From: Candidatus Latescibacterota bacterium
Lineage (GTDB): Bacteria; Latescibacterota; UBA2968; GCA-2709665
NCBI GenBank assembly: GCA_965248435.1
Contig: OZ252100.1
Coordinates: forward strand, 5,376,001 to 5,440,000
DNA: 64,000 nucleotides
Direction of reading: 5' to 3'
Shown here piece after piece: positions 19,522-29,929 of this stretch. Position 1 is the first letter of the stretch. Every line of letters begins with the position of its first letter. The notes beneath the pieces are model-generated. The model had not been told where the DNA came from. It searched no databases and was given only the letters and a program-made list of their open reading frames with translations. Position numbers and translations under genes: made by a program.

Positions 19522-21594
19522 ATGGCCGACCATCGATTCACGAACCGCTTGGTCCACGAGACAAGCCCATACCTTCTACAGCACGCGCACAACCCGGTGG
19601 ACTGGTTTCCTTGGGGTGAAGAAGCCCTCGCGAAGGCACGTGAGGAAGACAAACCGATTTTTCTGAGCATCGGATACTCGGCCTGCCACTGGTGTCACGT
19701 GATGGAACACGAATCTTTCGAGGATGAAGAGATCGCGCGCGTGCTGAACGAACATTTTGTTAGCATCAAACTTGATCGCGAAGAACGCCCAGACCTGGAT
19801 GAGATCTACATGAACGCCGTGCAGATGATGACGGGATCAGGGGGCTGGCCGATGAGCATGTTTCTTCGTCCTGACTGCCTTCCGTTTTACGGAGGCACCT
19901 ACTTTCCTCCGGAGAGCCGATACGGCCGTCCTGGGTTTCGCGAAATCATTGAGGCCGTCGCGCGGCAGTACAAAGAAAACCCAGAGAAGATCGAAGAGGC
20001 TTCCTCGAACCTGGTTGCGGGGCTGAAGCGGCTCACCCACTTGAAGTCGGCAGAAGGGGATTTGAACCCCGATATGCTGGAGGAGGCCTTCTCGAAGATC
20101 GCTGGAAATTTCGATCCGAAAAATGGGGGGTTTGGCACACAGCCCAAGTTCCCGAATACGATGAACCTGTCAGTGTTTTTGAGGGAATACGCAAGAACAG
20201 GGAACAAACGTGCAATTGAAATGGTCAGGCTGACGCTTGAAAAGATGTTCCAGGGTGGGATCTACGATCAACTTGGAGGTGGGTTTCATCGTTATTCCGT
20301 GGACGATCACTGGCTGGTGCCCCATTTCGAAAAGATGCTTTATGACAACGCACTCCTTGCGAGGCTGTTTCTGGAAGCCTATCAGGCAACCGGAGAGGCC
20401 GATATGGCGCGCGTCGTGCGGGAGACACTCGCGTATGTGATGCGTGAGATGACACATCCTGAAGGGGGATTCTATTCTACACAGGATGCCGACAGCGAAG
20501 GTGAAGAAGGCAGGTTCTTCGTTTGGGATCGGGAGGAGGTGATCCGACTTCTGGGTGAGGAGGATGGAACGCTTTTCTGTCGGGTTTTCGACGTTCAGGA
20601 GGGAGGGAACTTTGAGCAAGGGAAGAGCATTCTTAACATTCCTGTGGACTTGGAGACCCTGGCCCGGTTTCTCAACGAGGACGTTGGTAGATTAGAGGAG
20701 GTTGCGAATCGCGGAAGGAGAGTCTTGTTCGACGCACGAAAGAAGCGCTTCGCACCGTTCAGAGACGAAAAAGTTCAGACCAACTGGAACGGGCTGATGA
20801 TATCTGCCTTTGCACTGGCGCATCAGGTCTTTCACGAGCAGCCGTATTTGGATGCAGCCGAAAAGGCAGCGAACTTCATCCTGGACCGGATGCGAGACGA
20901 GGATGGGACCCTGCTCCACACATTCAAGGACGGGCAGGCAAAGCTGAGGGCGTACCAGGACGACTACGCCAGTTTTATATGCGCACTTATCGATCTTTAT
21001 GAGACGACGTTTGAAGCACGATGGCTGGAGGTCGCCCTCGAGCTGACGGAGAACATGCTCGATTCATATTGGGACGATGCTGAAGGGGGGTTTTTCTTCG
21101 TTGGAGAGGATCACGAGGCCCTGATCGTGCGGTCCAAAAATCCTTATGACAACGCACTCCCGTCTGGAAACGCATTGGGGGTCATGGCCCTTCTCCGACT
21201 AGGTAGCCTTTTGGGCCGCGAGGATTTCTGGGATAGGGCGGAGCGGAATCTGAAGCTTTTCGAGCGCAATCTCCAGGAAGTACCATCCGGGTTCGGACAT
21301 ATGCTGTGCGCGCTCTACTACTTCCTGGAGCGTCCCGTAGAGATCGCCGTGATCGGGGCGCCGGAACGGAAAGAAACGAAGGCGCTTCTTGAAATTGCAT
21401 TCAAACGGTGGATCCCCAACCGGGTGATTGCCCTGCTCAACCCAGGGGATGGGATGCAGGACCTCATTCCATCGGTGCTCGACAAGGCCCAAGTCGATGG
21501 GCGACCCACGGTCTATGTCTGCAAAGATTTTGCCTGTTCCGCGCCCGTCACCCAGCCTGACGATCTGGATGGTCTGCTCGGGGGCAGTCCCTGA
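19522..21594 (+). CDS. thioredoxin-domain protein, YyaL/SSP411 (DUF255) family
   Basis: [48 protein letters not shown]. Confidence 0.92.
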   Translation: MADHRFTNRLVHETSPYLLQHAHNPVDWFPWGEEALAKAREEDKPIFLSIGYSACHWCHVMEHESFEDEEIARVLNEHFVSIKLDREERPDLDEIYMNAVQMMTGSGGWPMSMFLRPDCLPFYGGTYFPPESRYGRPGFREIIEAVARQYKENPEKIEEASSNLVAGLKRLTHLKSAEGDLNPDMLEEAFSKIAGNFDPKNGGFGTQPKFPNTMNLSVFLREYARTGNKRAIEMVRLTLEKMFQGGIYDQLGGGFHRYSVDDHWLVPHFEKMLYDNALLARLFLEAYQATGEADMARVVRETLAYVMREMTHPEGGFYSTQDADSEGEEGRFFVWDREEVIRLLGEEDGTLFCRVFDVQEGGNFEQGKSILNIPVDLETLARFLNEDVGRLEEVANRGRRVLFDARKKRFAPFRDEKVQTNWNGLMISAFALAHQVFHEQPYLDAAEKAANFILDRMRDEDGTLLHTFKDGQAKLRAYQDDYASFICALIDLYETTFEARWLEVALELTENMLDSYWDDAEGGFFFVGEDHEALIVRSKNPYDNALPSGNALGVMALLRLGSLLGREDFWDRAERNLKLFERNLQEVPSGFGHMLCALYYFLERPVEIAVIGAPERKETKALLEIAFKRWIPNRVIALLNPGDGMQDLIPSVLDKAQVDGRPTVYVCKDFACSAPVTQPDDLDGLLGGSP

Positions 21595-21666
21595 GCGCAC
21601 GCGCCCCAAAACAGGTCAATGGAAGGGAGGCTCTGCTGAGAAAAAGGCAGGGCCTTTTGAATTTGA

Positions 21667-22251
21667 CTACAGTGCCTTGTACTTCAGCTTTCGAGGCTCG
21701 ATGGAAACGGACTCGATGACGACCCTGGAGACCGGATTGTCGTTTTCGTCTCGGGCTACCTTTGAGATTTCTTCTGCGACATCCATGCCCTCGATCACGT
21801 AGCCAAAAACCGTGTAGCTGTGGTCGAGGGCCGGCTGAGGTTCGAGGCATATGTAGAACTGGCTGCCGCTGGATTCCCACTTTGGGTTTACCTCATCCGG
21901 TAGCCTTGCAGCAGCTACCGCCCCGCGAGTGTGCTGATGTCGGACCTCCGCCGGAAGCGTATATCCCGGGCCCCCAAGCCCATCATTGGAGCGCTCGGTG
22001 TCTTTCGTGTTGGGGTCCCCCCCCTGGACGACGAAGCCCGGTATCACACGGTGAAAGGCAAGATTGTTGTAGAAGCCATCGCTCGCCAGTTTCTTGAAGT
22101 TCGTTGTCGTCCTTGGCGCATCCTTATGGAACGCGATGACGATACGACCCATACCGGTTTTGATCACGCCAACTTCGTCGACGACGTCTGCCTCACAGGC
22201 CGCCAGGGCAAGACATGGCAACACACACGAAAAGAATCTCGATCTCGTCAT
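21667..22251 (-). CDS. cyclophilin-type peptidyl-prolyl isomerase (lipoprotein)
   Basis: Lipobox LAAC; FHRVIPGFVVQGGD, SGSQFYI, YTVFGYV. Confidence 0.92.
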   Translation of the reverse strand: MTRSRFFSCVLPCLALAACEADVVDEVGVIKTGMGRIVIAFHKDAPRTTTNFKKLASDGFYNNLAFHRVIPGFVVQGGDPNTKDTERSNDGLGGPGYTLPAEVRHQHTRGAVAAARLPDEVNPKWESSGSQFYICLEPQPALDHSYTVFGYVIEGMDVAEEISKVARDENDNPVSRVVIESVSIEPRKLKYKAL

Positions 22252-22289
22252 TCTCTCTCCTTAGGTCCGTGTAGTGAATGAAGTCCAGA

Positions 22290-22877
22290 TCAATAGAAGG
22301 ATTTAGGTCCCTTCCTTGGACGCTTGACCGGCGCGGGTTCCTCTCCATCGGAGATGGCATTCTCATCCAGGATCTTTCTGGACACATAAATAGGGATATC
22401 CATTCGCACGGCGAGGGCCATCGCGTCGCTCGGCCTGGAATCGACCTGTAGGCGCAGATCATCGTCCCGCTGCAAGTTTAGGACGGCAAAGAATGTAGCG
22501 CCCTCTCTTTGCGGATCCGTGGGCCGCAATTCGTCTACCAGGATAGAGGTGATTCGAATGTCGGTGGCCTCCAAAACCGTATGAAAGAGGTCGTGCGTCA
22601 GCGGACGCGGGAATTCCTTGTTGTAGAACCTTCGCCAGATTGCCTGACCCTCACAAGGCCCGATCCAGATACGGAGAAACCGCTTCCCGAGCGGATCGTG
22701 GAGCCTCACGATGTACTGGTTCTGATGGTCCCGTTTGACGTCGTAAACCTCTGTCCTTACCGCTTCCGAAGGGGTCTCCTGGACCTGGTTTGGAGCCGAC
22801 CGCGCCCGGCCAGCGAAGCAGGTCGCAAGAGTGATAAGCGGTAGATATAACCTCACGAACCGAAAGCCAAAATTCAT
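22290..22877 (-). CDS. bifunctional nuclease (DUF151/BFN) family protein with signal-like N-terminus
   Basis: IWIGPCEGQAI, RPLTHDL, DSRPSDAMALA. Confidence 0.85.
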   Translation of the reverse strand: MNFGFRFVRLYLPLITLATCFAGRARSAPNQVQETPSEAVRTEVYDVKRDHQNQYIVRLHDPLGKRFLRIWIGPCEGQAIWRRFYNKEFPRPLTHDLFHTVLEATDIRITSILVDELRPTDPQREGATFFAVLNLQRDDDLRLQVDSRPSDAMALAVRMDIPIYVSRKILDENAISDGEEPAPVKRPRKGPKSFY

Positions 22878-22976
22878 ACCAAGTCTCCCGTAGAAGGCCA
22901 ATCGTCCAGCAAAATATAAGGGGGGGCCTTTTACGAAGCAACTTGAAATCCAGGAAATTTGCGTTCGGTTTGTTTA

Positions 22977-23005
22977 TTGACAAGCAGTTATGAATATCCT
23001 ATGTT
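22977..23005 (+). promoter_or_regulatory. sigma70-type promoter of the yicC-gmk operon
   Basis: TTGACA-17-TATGTT. Confidence 0.65.
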
Positions 23006-23077
23006 TAGAGGCTTTGGAAATTTCCTTGTGCTCTGGCGGTTTTTTTGCGATTTCACGTGCGGTTTGTGGGTGAGACG

Positions 23078-23956
23078 ATGGTAACAAGCATGACCGGATT
23101 CGGGAGGGGGGATGCGGAGTCTGATGGCCTTTGGGCATCCGTCGAAATCCGAGCAGTCAACGGCCGATATGGCGACGTCTCGGTGCGCCTTCCAAGGAGT
23201 CTTGCAGAACTGGAGCCCAGGATCAAGGAGATCGTCCTCTCAACGATTTCTCGGGGCCACGTAGAGGTTTCGGTGTTCTTGAAGGGGGGTGAGGTGGAGC
23301 ACGGCATGCCAGTATTAAACGTCGACATCCTCCAGGCGTATCGAGAAGGCATCGAGCAGATCAAGGCCAGAATGGGCTCCTCCTCAGAAGTCGACCCGCT
23401 GAAGATGGCTCTCCTACCCAACATCTTTGATTATGAACCTGCTTCACCCGATCTAGAGGTCGTTTGGACCCTGGTCGAGCCGGCCTGCAAGAAGGCTTTG
23501 GCAGGATGTCAGCTTATGCGAGTCGAGGAAGGCCAAAAACTCAGGTTGGAGTTTCTTGGTAGAGTTGAGATCCTGGAGTCGCTCCTTACTCGAGCTGAGG
23601 AACTTGCTCCCGCACGCATCGGATCGATCCGCCAGAAGATTGAGGAAAAACTCAGAGAGTATTTGGCACCAGAGGAGTTTGATAAGAATCGCGTCCTGAT
23701 GGAGGTCGCCATACTCGCAGAGCGAAGTGATATGACAGAGGAGTTCGTCCGCTTTCACAGTCACAATACACAGTTTCTCGAGACGCTGGAGCGAGATGAG
23801 GCCGTGGGGCGACGTCTGAACTTTCTGCTTCAGGAGATTCTCCGGGAGGCGAACACGATTGGGTCCAAAGCCGGGGATGCGGACATCGCTCACCTGGTCG
23901 TTGAGATGAAAGAGGAGATCGAGAAACTCAAGGAGCAGGTACAGAACGTCGAATGA
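23078..23956 (+). CDS. yicC: YicC/YloC family endoribonuclease
   Basis: SMTGFGR, GRRLNFLLQE, REANTIGSK, EQVQNVE. Confidence 0.93.
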   Translation: MVTSMTGFGRGDAESDGLWASVEIRAVNGRYGDVSVRLPRSLAELEPRIKEIVLSTISRGHVEVSVFLKGGEVEHGMPVLNVDILQAYREGIEQIKARMGSSSEVDPLKMALLPNIFDYEPASPDLEVVWTLVEPACKKALAGCQLMRVEEGQKLRLEFLGRVEILESLLTRAEELAPARIGSIRQKIEEKLREYLAPEEFDKNRVLMEVAILAERSDMTEEFVRFHSHNTQFLETLERDEAVGRRLNFLLQEILREANTIGSKAGDADIAHLVVEMKEEIEKLKEQVQNVE

Positions 23957-24633
23957 GTGCTCGGATTGAAGAGAACAGATTTGTTATGACAAAGTCCTTC
24001 GATCAGGCTCCACCCGTCGCTTTGGATACACGTTCATTTGCCCTCATCGTGGCAGGACCCTCTGGTGTCGGAAAGACTTCGATCTGTCAAGGGATCATTG
24101 ACAAAGACCGTTTGGTACAAGCCTGTGTGACCACGACGACACGCCCCAAAAGGTCTGCTGAAGTCGATGGTGTAGATTATCAGTTCGTGTCTGAGGATGC
24201 TTTCAATCGTATCGTAGAAGCAGGAGAATTTGTCGAGTGGGCGGAAGTGCACGGCTACCTTTATGGGGCCACTTCCGAAGCTGTGGCCAAAGCACTTTCC
24301 GGCGGCCAGGTGATGCTCCTGGATGTGGATGTCCAGGGAATGAAAACGTGGAAAGCGGCGCTGGAGGATAGATGTGTAACCGCCTTCGTTGTTCCTCCTT
24401 CTATCGAAGTGCTCAAGAAACAGTTGGAGGAAAGAAAAACCGAAGACGAGGCCTCGTTCAAGACGCGCATGGAGGGTGCTCAAAGGGAATTGAGTGAAGC
24501 AGATGGATTCGACTATTTGATCGTTAATCATGACCTTCAACAGGCCATTTCTGATTTGGAGGCGATCATCAGCGCTGAGCGATGTCGCCCCCGCAGAATG
24601 CGCAACGCCCTCTCAAGGCTATTGGATCATTGA
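23953..24633 (+). CDS. gmk: guanylate kinase
   Basis: GPSGVGKT, TTRPKRSAEVDGVDYQF, EWAEVHGYLYG. Confidence 0.95.
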   Translation: MSARIEENRFVMTKSFDQAPPVALDTRSFALIVAGPSGVGKTSICQGIIDKDRLVQACVTTTTRPKRSAEVDGVDYQFVSEDAFNRIVEAGEFVEWAEVHGYLYGATSEAVAKALSGGQVMLLDVDVQGMKTWKAALEDRCVTAFVVPPSIEVLKKQLEERKTEDEASFKTRMEGAQRELSEADGFDYLIVNHDLQQAISDLEAIISAERCRPRRMRNALSRLLDH

Positions 24634-24696
24634 AGATTGATGGAGGTTTCTTCAGGTGCAAGCTCAAGGATCCTAGATCCAGGAGGTGTGTGGTTC

Positions 24697-24969
24697 ATGG
24701 CAGACATTTTTTTCATAGAGGATATCAGCGGTGATGACATGAATCCTTATGAGGCGGTGACGCTCGCCTCTCGAGAAGCCAGGCGTGTCAACCAACTACG
24801 CTTGATCGGGGACCTGCCGGAAGAGACTGAAAAACCGACGACCTTTGGATTGAGTCGCCTGGCAAATAAGGAGATTGGCCTTAGCTATGTTGAAGAGGCC
24901 TCCGACCAGGAAATAGGAGAGCAGGAGGATGCCACTTCTCAGGAAAAGCCGGATACTTCTGGGGATTAG
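24697..24969 (+). CDS. rpoZ: RNA polymerase omega subunit
   Basis: NPYEAVTLASREARRVN..KPT; lies between gmk and coaBC; GGAGG RBS. Confidence 0.75.
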   Translation: MADIFFIEDISGDDMNPYEAVTLASREARRVNQLRLIGDLPEETEKPTTFGLSRLANKEIGLSYVEEASDQEIGEQEDATSQEKPDTSGD

Positions 24970-26128
24970 CGGGGGAATTGCGGCATATAAGAGTGTAGAG
25001 GTCTTGCGCCGCCTTCTGCGAATCGGTGCAGAGGTGCGGGTGGTGATGACCCCATCTGCACGCCAGTTTATTCAACCGCTGACCTTTGAAGTCCTCTCCC
25101 GTCACCGGGTCTACACGGAACTCTTTCCCGAACGAGAAAATACCGAAGTTGCGCACGTCACCCTGGCAAACTGGCCGGACCTGATCCTTGTGGCTCCGGC
25201 GACGGCTCATCTGATCGGCAGGATGGCCAACGGGTTGGCAGACGATCTGTTGACGTGTATTCTTCTGGCCACGCGTGCCCCGGTGGTGCTGGCGCCCTCG
25301 ATGGAGAGCGCAATGTACGAGCACGCCGCGGTGCAGAATAACATTCAAAGGCTGCACCGAGCGGGTTACCAACTCTTGGAACCGGAAAGCGGTGAGCTCG
25401 CCTCCGGGGAGGTGGGTGTGGGCAGGCTGCCGCACCCCGATCGGATCGTTTCCGCCGTCGAGGAGAGATTGGAGAAGAGCGATGCATTCGCGGGCAGGAA
25501 GATCGTGGTGACTGCATCGCGCACTGAGGAAGATATCGACCCGGTTCGATTTATCACGAATAGATCTTCTGGAAAGATGGGATATGCAGTTGCAAGTCAG
25601 GCCCACCGGAGAGGGGCGGAGGTGGTCCTTGTCAGCGGACCGACGGCCCTGGATGCACCGTCCGGAGTCGAAGTGGTCCCGGTGCGGACCGTCTCAGAGA
25701 TGCGCAACGCCACAACGGCCGCGTTTCAAGATGCCGACGTGCTGATCATGGCCGCTGCCGTGCTGGATTTTAGACCTAAGCGCGTTGCGCATTCAAAGAT
25801 CAAGAAGGGAGGCAACGGCTTACGCCTGGATCTCGAACCCACTGAAGACATCCTTTTGGATCTGGGACCGGAAAAAGGGAGCCGGATGCTCGTCGGATTC
25901 GCAATGGAAACTGAAAATGGCCTGGCCAACGCCAGGAAGAAGCTGAAAGCCAAAAATCTTGATCTGATCGTATTGAATGACATTACCGTGGAGGGGTCGG
26001 GTTTTGGTGGCGACACAAACCAGGTGACCCTGGTTGATCGGTCAGAGTCCGTCGAAAAATTGCCCAAGATGACGAAGGCCGAAGCGGCTGAACGAATTCT
26101 AAACTGGATCGGCGCGCGATGGCAATAG
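24929..26128 (+). CDS. coaBC: bifunctional phosphopantothenoylcysteine decarboxylase/ligase
   Basis: GISGGIAAYK, APATA, IDPVRFITNRSSGKMG, VGFAME. Confidence 0.96.
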   Translation: MPLLRKSRILLGISGGIAAYKSVEVLRRLLRIGAEVRVVMTPSARQFIQPLTFEVLSRHRVYTELFPERENTEVAHVTLANWPDLILVAPATAHLIGRMANGLADDLLTCILLATRAPVVLAPSMESAMYEHAAVQNNIQRLHRAGYQLLEPESGELASGEVGVGRLPHPDRIVSAVEERLEKSDAFAGRKIVVTASRTEEDIDPVRFITNRSSGKMGYAVASQAHRRGAEVVLVSGPTALDAPSGVEVVPVRTVSEMRNATTAAFQDADVLIMAAAVLDFRPKRVAHSKIKKGGNGLRLDLEPTEDILLDLGPEKGSRMLVGFAMETENGLANARKKLKAKNLDLIVLNDITVEGSGFGGDTNQVTLVDRSESVEKLPKMTKAEAAERILNWIGARWQ

Positions 26129-26811
26129 ATGTGGGAGAAACCCCGGCGAGCGTCGAAGGCCTGGATGCCTTTCGCCTCGCCAGGGAGTATCTAAAGCAGC
26201 AAACCGAACTCGGGCTCACCCATCTGCCCGCGGCCAGTGCCAATGCATCCGCCGAGCATCGGCTTGCCACATTCCACGATTCCATCCGGAATTGCCAGGC
26301 TTGCCGGCTTTCCAAGGGACGCCGCGTGGTGGTGTTCGGAAGCGGGTGTCCAACCGCAGACGTCCTCTTCGTCGGGGAAGCACCCGGAAAGGACGAAGAC
26401 CTGCAGGGACTGCCTTTTGTGGGCGCGGCGGGGGCGCTGTTGACTCGGATGATCGAATCGATTGGGCTTAGACGAGATGATGTCTATATTGCCAACGTCA
26501 TCAAATGCCGTCCCCCGAATAACCGGGATCCTGAACCCGATGAAATCTCAAAGTGTGAGCCCTACCTTCATCGACAGGTCGAAATCATAAGCCCGATCGT
26601 GATCTGTTCACTCGGCCGGTTCGCCGCCCAGGTACTCCTGCAGACGAACGAGTCCATGGGGAAGCTTCGGGGTCGCCTGTTTGCTTACAGGGGCATTAAG
26701 TTGATTCCGACATACCACCCCGCCGCCCTCCTCCGAAATGCACATTGGAAGCGGCCAGCATGGAATGATCTCAATCTGCTTCGGAGTGAATATGATAGGT
26801 TGCGGCAGTAG
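26119..26811 (+). CDS. udg: uracil-DNA glycosylase, family 4 (Fe-S)
   Basis: CQAC, GEAPG, PFVG, KCRPPNNRDP, TYHPAALLR. Confidence 0.93.
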   Translation: MAIDVGETPASVEGLDAFRLAREYLKQQTELGLTHLPAASANASAEHRLATFHDSIRNCQACRLSKGRRVVVFGSGCPTADVLFVGEAPGKDEDLQGLPFVGAAGALLTRMIESIGLRRDDVYIANVIKCRPPNNRDPEPDEISKCEPYLHRQVEIISPIVICSLGRFAAQVLLQTNESMGKLRGRLFAYRGIKLIPTYHPAALLRNAHWKRPAWNDLNLLRSEYDRLRQ

Positions 26812-26838
26812 CCGTTTTGATTGACAACACCCTTTTGA

Positions 26839-28257
26839 ATGCCTGGCACACACACAATGACGACCGAGCAACTCAAAGCGCCATCACAATCGCAATCTGC
26901 GGACCGGATTCAGCCTAGAGCGGTAGAGGTGGAAAGAGCCGTACTGGGTGCAATGTTGATTGATAAAGGCTCTATCGGACGCGTCCTGGAGGTCGTCGGG
27001 GACGAAACCGCATTCTACCACTCCGCACATCGAAAGATCTACTCAGCGATCGTTGGCCTCTACGACAGGGGCGAACCGGCGGATCAGATTACCGTAACGG
27101 AGGAACTCAACCGAAGGGGAGAGCTCGAGAGGGCAGGAGGTGCCGTCGAGATCGCCGGATTGGCAGGGGAAATGGCGACGGCGGTCAACGCGGAATATCA
27201 CGCGAAGATCATTCTGGATCGGGCGCTCCGAAGGCGGCTGATCGAAGCCGCGACTCAGACGGCAGCCGAATGTTATGAGGAAAGCGAGGAAATTCGCGAG
27301 GTCATCGACCGAGCGGAGCAGCGCGTGTTCGGGATCGCCGAGCGTGAGTTTGGTAAGGGTATCGTAGCTCTTCAGCCTGTGCTGCACGAGGCCGTGGCGA
27401 TCATTCAGAAAGCACAGGAACGTTCTGGGGCGCTCTCTGGTGTCACGACCGGGTATAAAGATCTTGATGAGATTACGGCGGGCCTCCAATCCTCAGACCT
27501 TATCATCATTGCGGGCAGACCGTCCATGGGAAAGACGGCGCTTTCCCTTTGTGTTGCCAGGAATGCGGCCGTTAAAGAGAACACTCCGGTGCTTATTTTC
27601 TCTTTGGAAATGTCTCTACAGCAACTGGCGCAGAGGCTGCTTTGTTCCGAAGCACGCGTGAATTCTCATCGCCTGAGGACCGGGAGGCTGTCGGAAGAGG
27701 AGTGGCAGCGTCTGGCTCACTGGATCGGGAAGCTTGAAAAGGCCCCGATCTTTATCGATGACACACCCGGTCTCACCGTGCTGGAGATAAGGGCCAAGGC
27801 CCGAAGGGCAAAGGCCGAGCACAACATCGGCATGGTCATCGTGGACTACCTGCAGCTCGTGAGTGTCAATGAGCGTTCGGACAATCGTGAGCAGGAGATC
27901 GCCCGGGTTTCCCGTTCCCTGAAATCGCTCGCGAAGGAACTCGATCTTCCTGTCATCGCCTGCGCACAGCTTTCCCGTGCCGTAGAGGCGAGGGAAAAGA
28001 GGCGGCCGCAATTGTCAGATTTGAGGGAAAGTGGGAGCCTTGAGCAGGACGCCGACGTTGTGATGTTTCTCTATAGACCGGAAGTGTATGACCTTCCTGA
28101 TGAGGAGGGCAACAGTCAGGAGGGGGTCACGGAGGTGATTATCGGGAAGCAGCGCAACGGTCCAACCGGGAGTGTTTATCTCACTTGGTTAGGTGAATAC
28201 GGGCGTTTTGAAGAGCCTGAAATGTATCGGGACCCGATATCTTCGGGGCAGATTTAA
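26839..28257 (+). CDS. dnaB: replicative DNA helicase
   Basis: AGRPSMGKT, FSLEM, VDYLQL, DLRESGSLEQDAD, KQRNGPTG; no intein. Confidence 0.97.
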   Translation: MPGTHTMTTEQLKAPSQSQSADRIQPRAVEVERAVLGAMLIDKGSIGRVLEVVGDETAFYHSAHRKIYSAIVGLYDRGEPADQITVTEELNRRGELERAGGAVEIAGLAGEMATAVNAEYHAKIILDRALRRRLIEAATQTAAECYEESEEIREVIDRAEQRVFGIAEREFGKGIVALQPVLHEAVAIIQKAQERSGALSGVTTGYKDLDEITAGLQSSDLIIIAGRPSMGKTALSLCVARNAAVKENTPVLIFSLEMSLQQLAQRLLCSEARVNSHRLRTGRLSEEEWQRLAHWIGKLEKAPIFIDDTPGLTVLEIRAKARRAKAEHNIGMVIVDYLQLVSVNERSDNREQEIARVSRSLKSLAKELDLPVIACAQLSRAVEAREKRRPQLSDLRESGSLEQDADVVMFLYRPEVYDLPDEEGNSQEGVTEVIIGKQRNGPTGSVYLTWLGEYGRFEEPEMYRDPISSGQI

Positions 28258-28281
28258 AACGCCTTCATTAATGAGGTTAAG

Positions 28282-28923
28282 ATGGATTCGGCGAAAAGAT
28301 CACACGTCTGGCTTTCGAAACTGCTTTCGCTCATGTTGAGACACAGACCTGATGAGTTTGGGGTCACGCTGGACGCTAAAGGGTTTGGTGATCTGGAGGA
28401 GGTCCTCCAGGCGCTGCAGGACAGGGATCAGGGCGTGGGGATCGAGGATATCGAATCGGTGGTATACAAGTCTGAGAAGCAACGATTCGAGATCGCGGAA
28501 GGACGCATACGCGCTCGTTATGGTCACAGCATTCCCATCGAGCTGGATGCAGATCCGATAGAGCCTCCAGAATACTTGTATAAAGGGATCGATCTGGAGG
28601 ATGTAGAACAGGTGCTAAAGGAGGGGCTAAGTCCCACCGACCGTCGTTACGTGCACCTTTCCTTTGACTCGAACGTTGCCTCACGTCTTGGCGGGAATCG
28701 GAGTAGGCCAGGGGCTGTTGTTCGCGTGGATGCACTTCGTGCCCACCAGGAAGGCATTCCCTTTTACGACTGTGGTCCAACGATCCTCACTCCCGAGGTA
28801 TCGCCGGAATTTATCACGCTCGAGGAACAGGTCGAAGCGCGGCATGTTTCGGGGAGTGAAGAGGCCGAGAAACAGGGGCCGGTCTCCTATGGCCGAAAGC
28901 GCAGGTTTGGGGGAAGGAAGTAG
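28282..28923 (+). CDS. kptA: RNA 2'-phosphotransferase (Tpt1/KptA family)
   Basis: LSKLLSLMLRH, KQRF, IRARYGHS, RRYVHLS. Confidence 0.88.
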   Translation: MDSAKRSHVWLSKLLSLMLRHRPDEFGVTLDAKGFGDLEEVLQALQDRDQGVGIEDIESVVYKSEKQRFEIAEGRIRARYGHSIPIELDADPIEPPEYLYKGIDLEDVEQVLKEGLSPTDRRYVHLSFDSNVASRLGGNRSRPGAVVRVDALRAHQEGIPFYDCGPTILTPEVSPEFITLEEQVEARHVSGSEEAEKQGPVSYGRKRRFGGRK

Positions 28924-29024
28924 CTGCCCACATCGTGTGGGGGTAGAACGATTTCCAATCCGATGGGGACCATTCGATAAGGGATGGTCTTTTTAGACTC
29001 TCGATCGTCTAAGAGTTATCGTCG

Positions 29025-29918
29025 ATGAGTAGAAAGAAGCCCAATTCTGTTGCCATTTTGGAGATGGCCGGGGACCTTGCCCAGCAGACGTCAGCGGATG
29101 TGATCGTTCTGATTGCCGACTCCGGAGTGAAACGGGCCTCGCTGGAAGTCTTGAACGATGTCTGCCAGACGCTTGTCGTGACTCGGAACAAGCGCTTCCT
29201 GAGGGGAATCGAAGAGAGCGGCGTGTGGCGCGTGCAGTTCGAATTCGAACTCGATGATGTGGCACGGTTTGAACGGGTACGGCAGGGCATTATTCTGGGT
29301 GTGGAGGCAGGATACATTCCTAAAGGGAGCCGGCTCGTCTGCCTGACCGGTGTGATGGGGAGCAGTGGCGTAGATACACTCCTGCTCACAGACGCGAGTT
29401 TAGGTTTTGAGGACTTCCATCCAGATAGCGTGGCAGCCCTGGCAGGTGACCTGCCTGTTGAGGTGGTAAAGGCGGTGCTCGACCTGGCGCTGGACATCGG
29501 CCAGGAGGGTCGAGAGGGGGAGCCGGTTGGGACACTCTTTGTCGTCGGGGATTCTGAGCAGGTCATGGGCCATTCAAAAGAGATGACGTTCGACCCGTTC
29601 CGGGGCTATTCCGAGAGAGAAAAGAACATCTGCAGTCCAGACATCGGGGAAGGGATCAGGGAGGTCGCCCTGATGGATGGCGCATTTATTGTTCAGGACG
29701 ATGGTGTTATTCTAGCGGGTGGGCGATACATTACGGCTGATGTGAAGGGGCTGAGCCTGCCCAAGGGACTCGGGGCGAGACACGTCGCGGCAGCGGCCAT
29801 TACGAAACACACAAACGCGATTGCCGTGGCCGTTTCGGAGTCCTCGGGCACGCTGCGTGCCTTTAGAGATGGCGAGATCGTCCTTCGCCGAGTGCCTTCA
29901 CGGAGAGCGAAGGGTTAG
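29025..29918 (+). CDS. diadenylate cyclase (DisA_N/DAC domain) with PK_C-like N-terminal domain
   Basis: EGREGEPVGTLFVVGD, MDGAF, GLGARH, AVSESSG. Confidence 0.85.
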   Translation: MSRKKPNSVAILEMAGDLAQQTSADVIVLIADSGVKRASLEVLNDVCQTLVVTRNKRFLRGIEESGVWRVQFEFELDDVARFERVRQGIILGVEAGYIPKGSRLVCLTGVMGSSGVDTLLLTDASLGFEDFHPDSVAALAGDLPVEVVKAVLDLALDIGQEGREGEPVGTLFVVGDSEQVMGHSKEMTFDPFRGYSEREKNICSPDIGEGIREVALMDGAFIVQDDGVILAGGRYITADVKGLSLPKGLGARHVAAAAITKHTNAIAVAVSESSGTLRAFRDGEIVLRRVPSRRAKG

Positions 29919-29929
29919 GATTGTAGAGA

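Noticed and set aside
26839-28257. Intein in DnaB
   Set aside because: The length (472 aa) and continuous motifs leave no room for an insertion.
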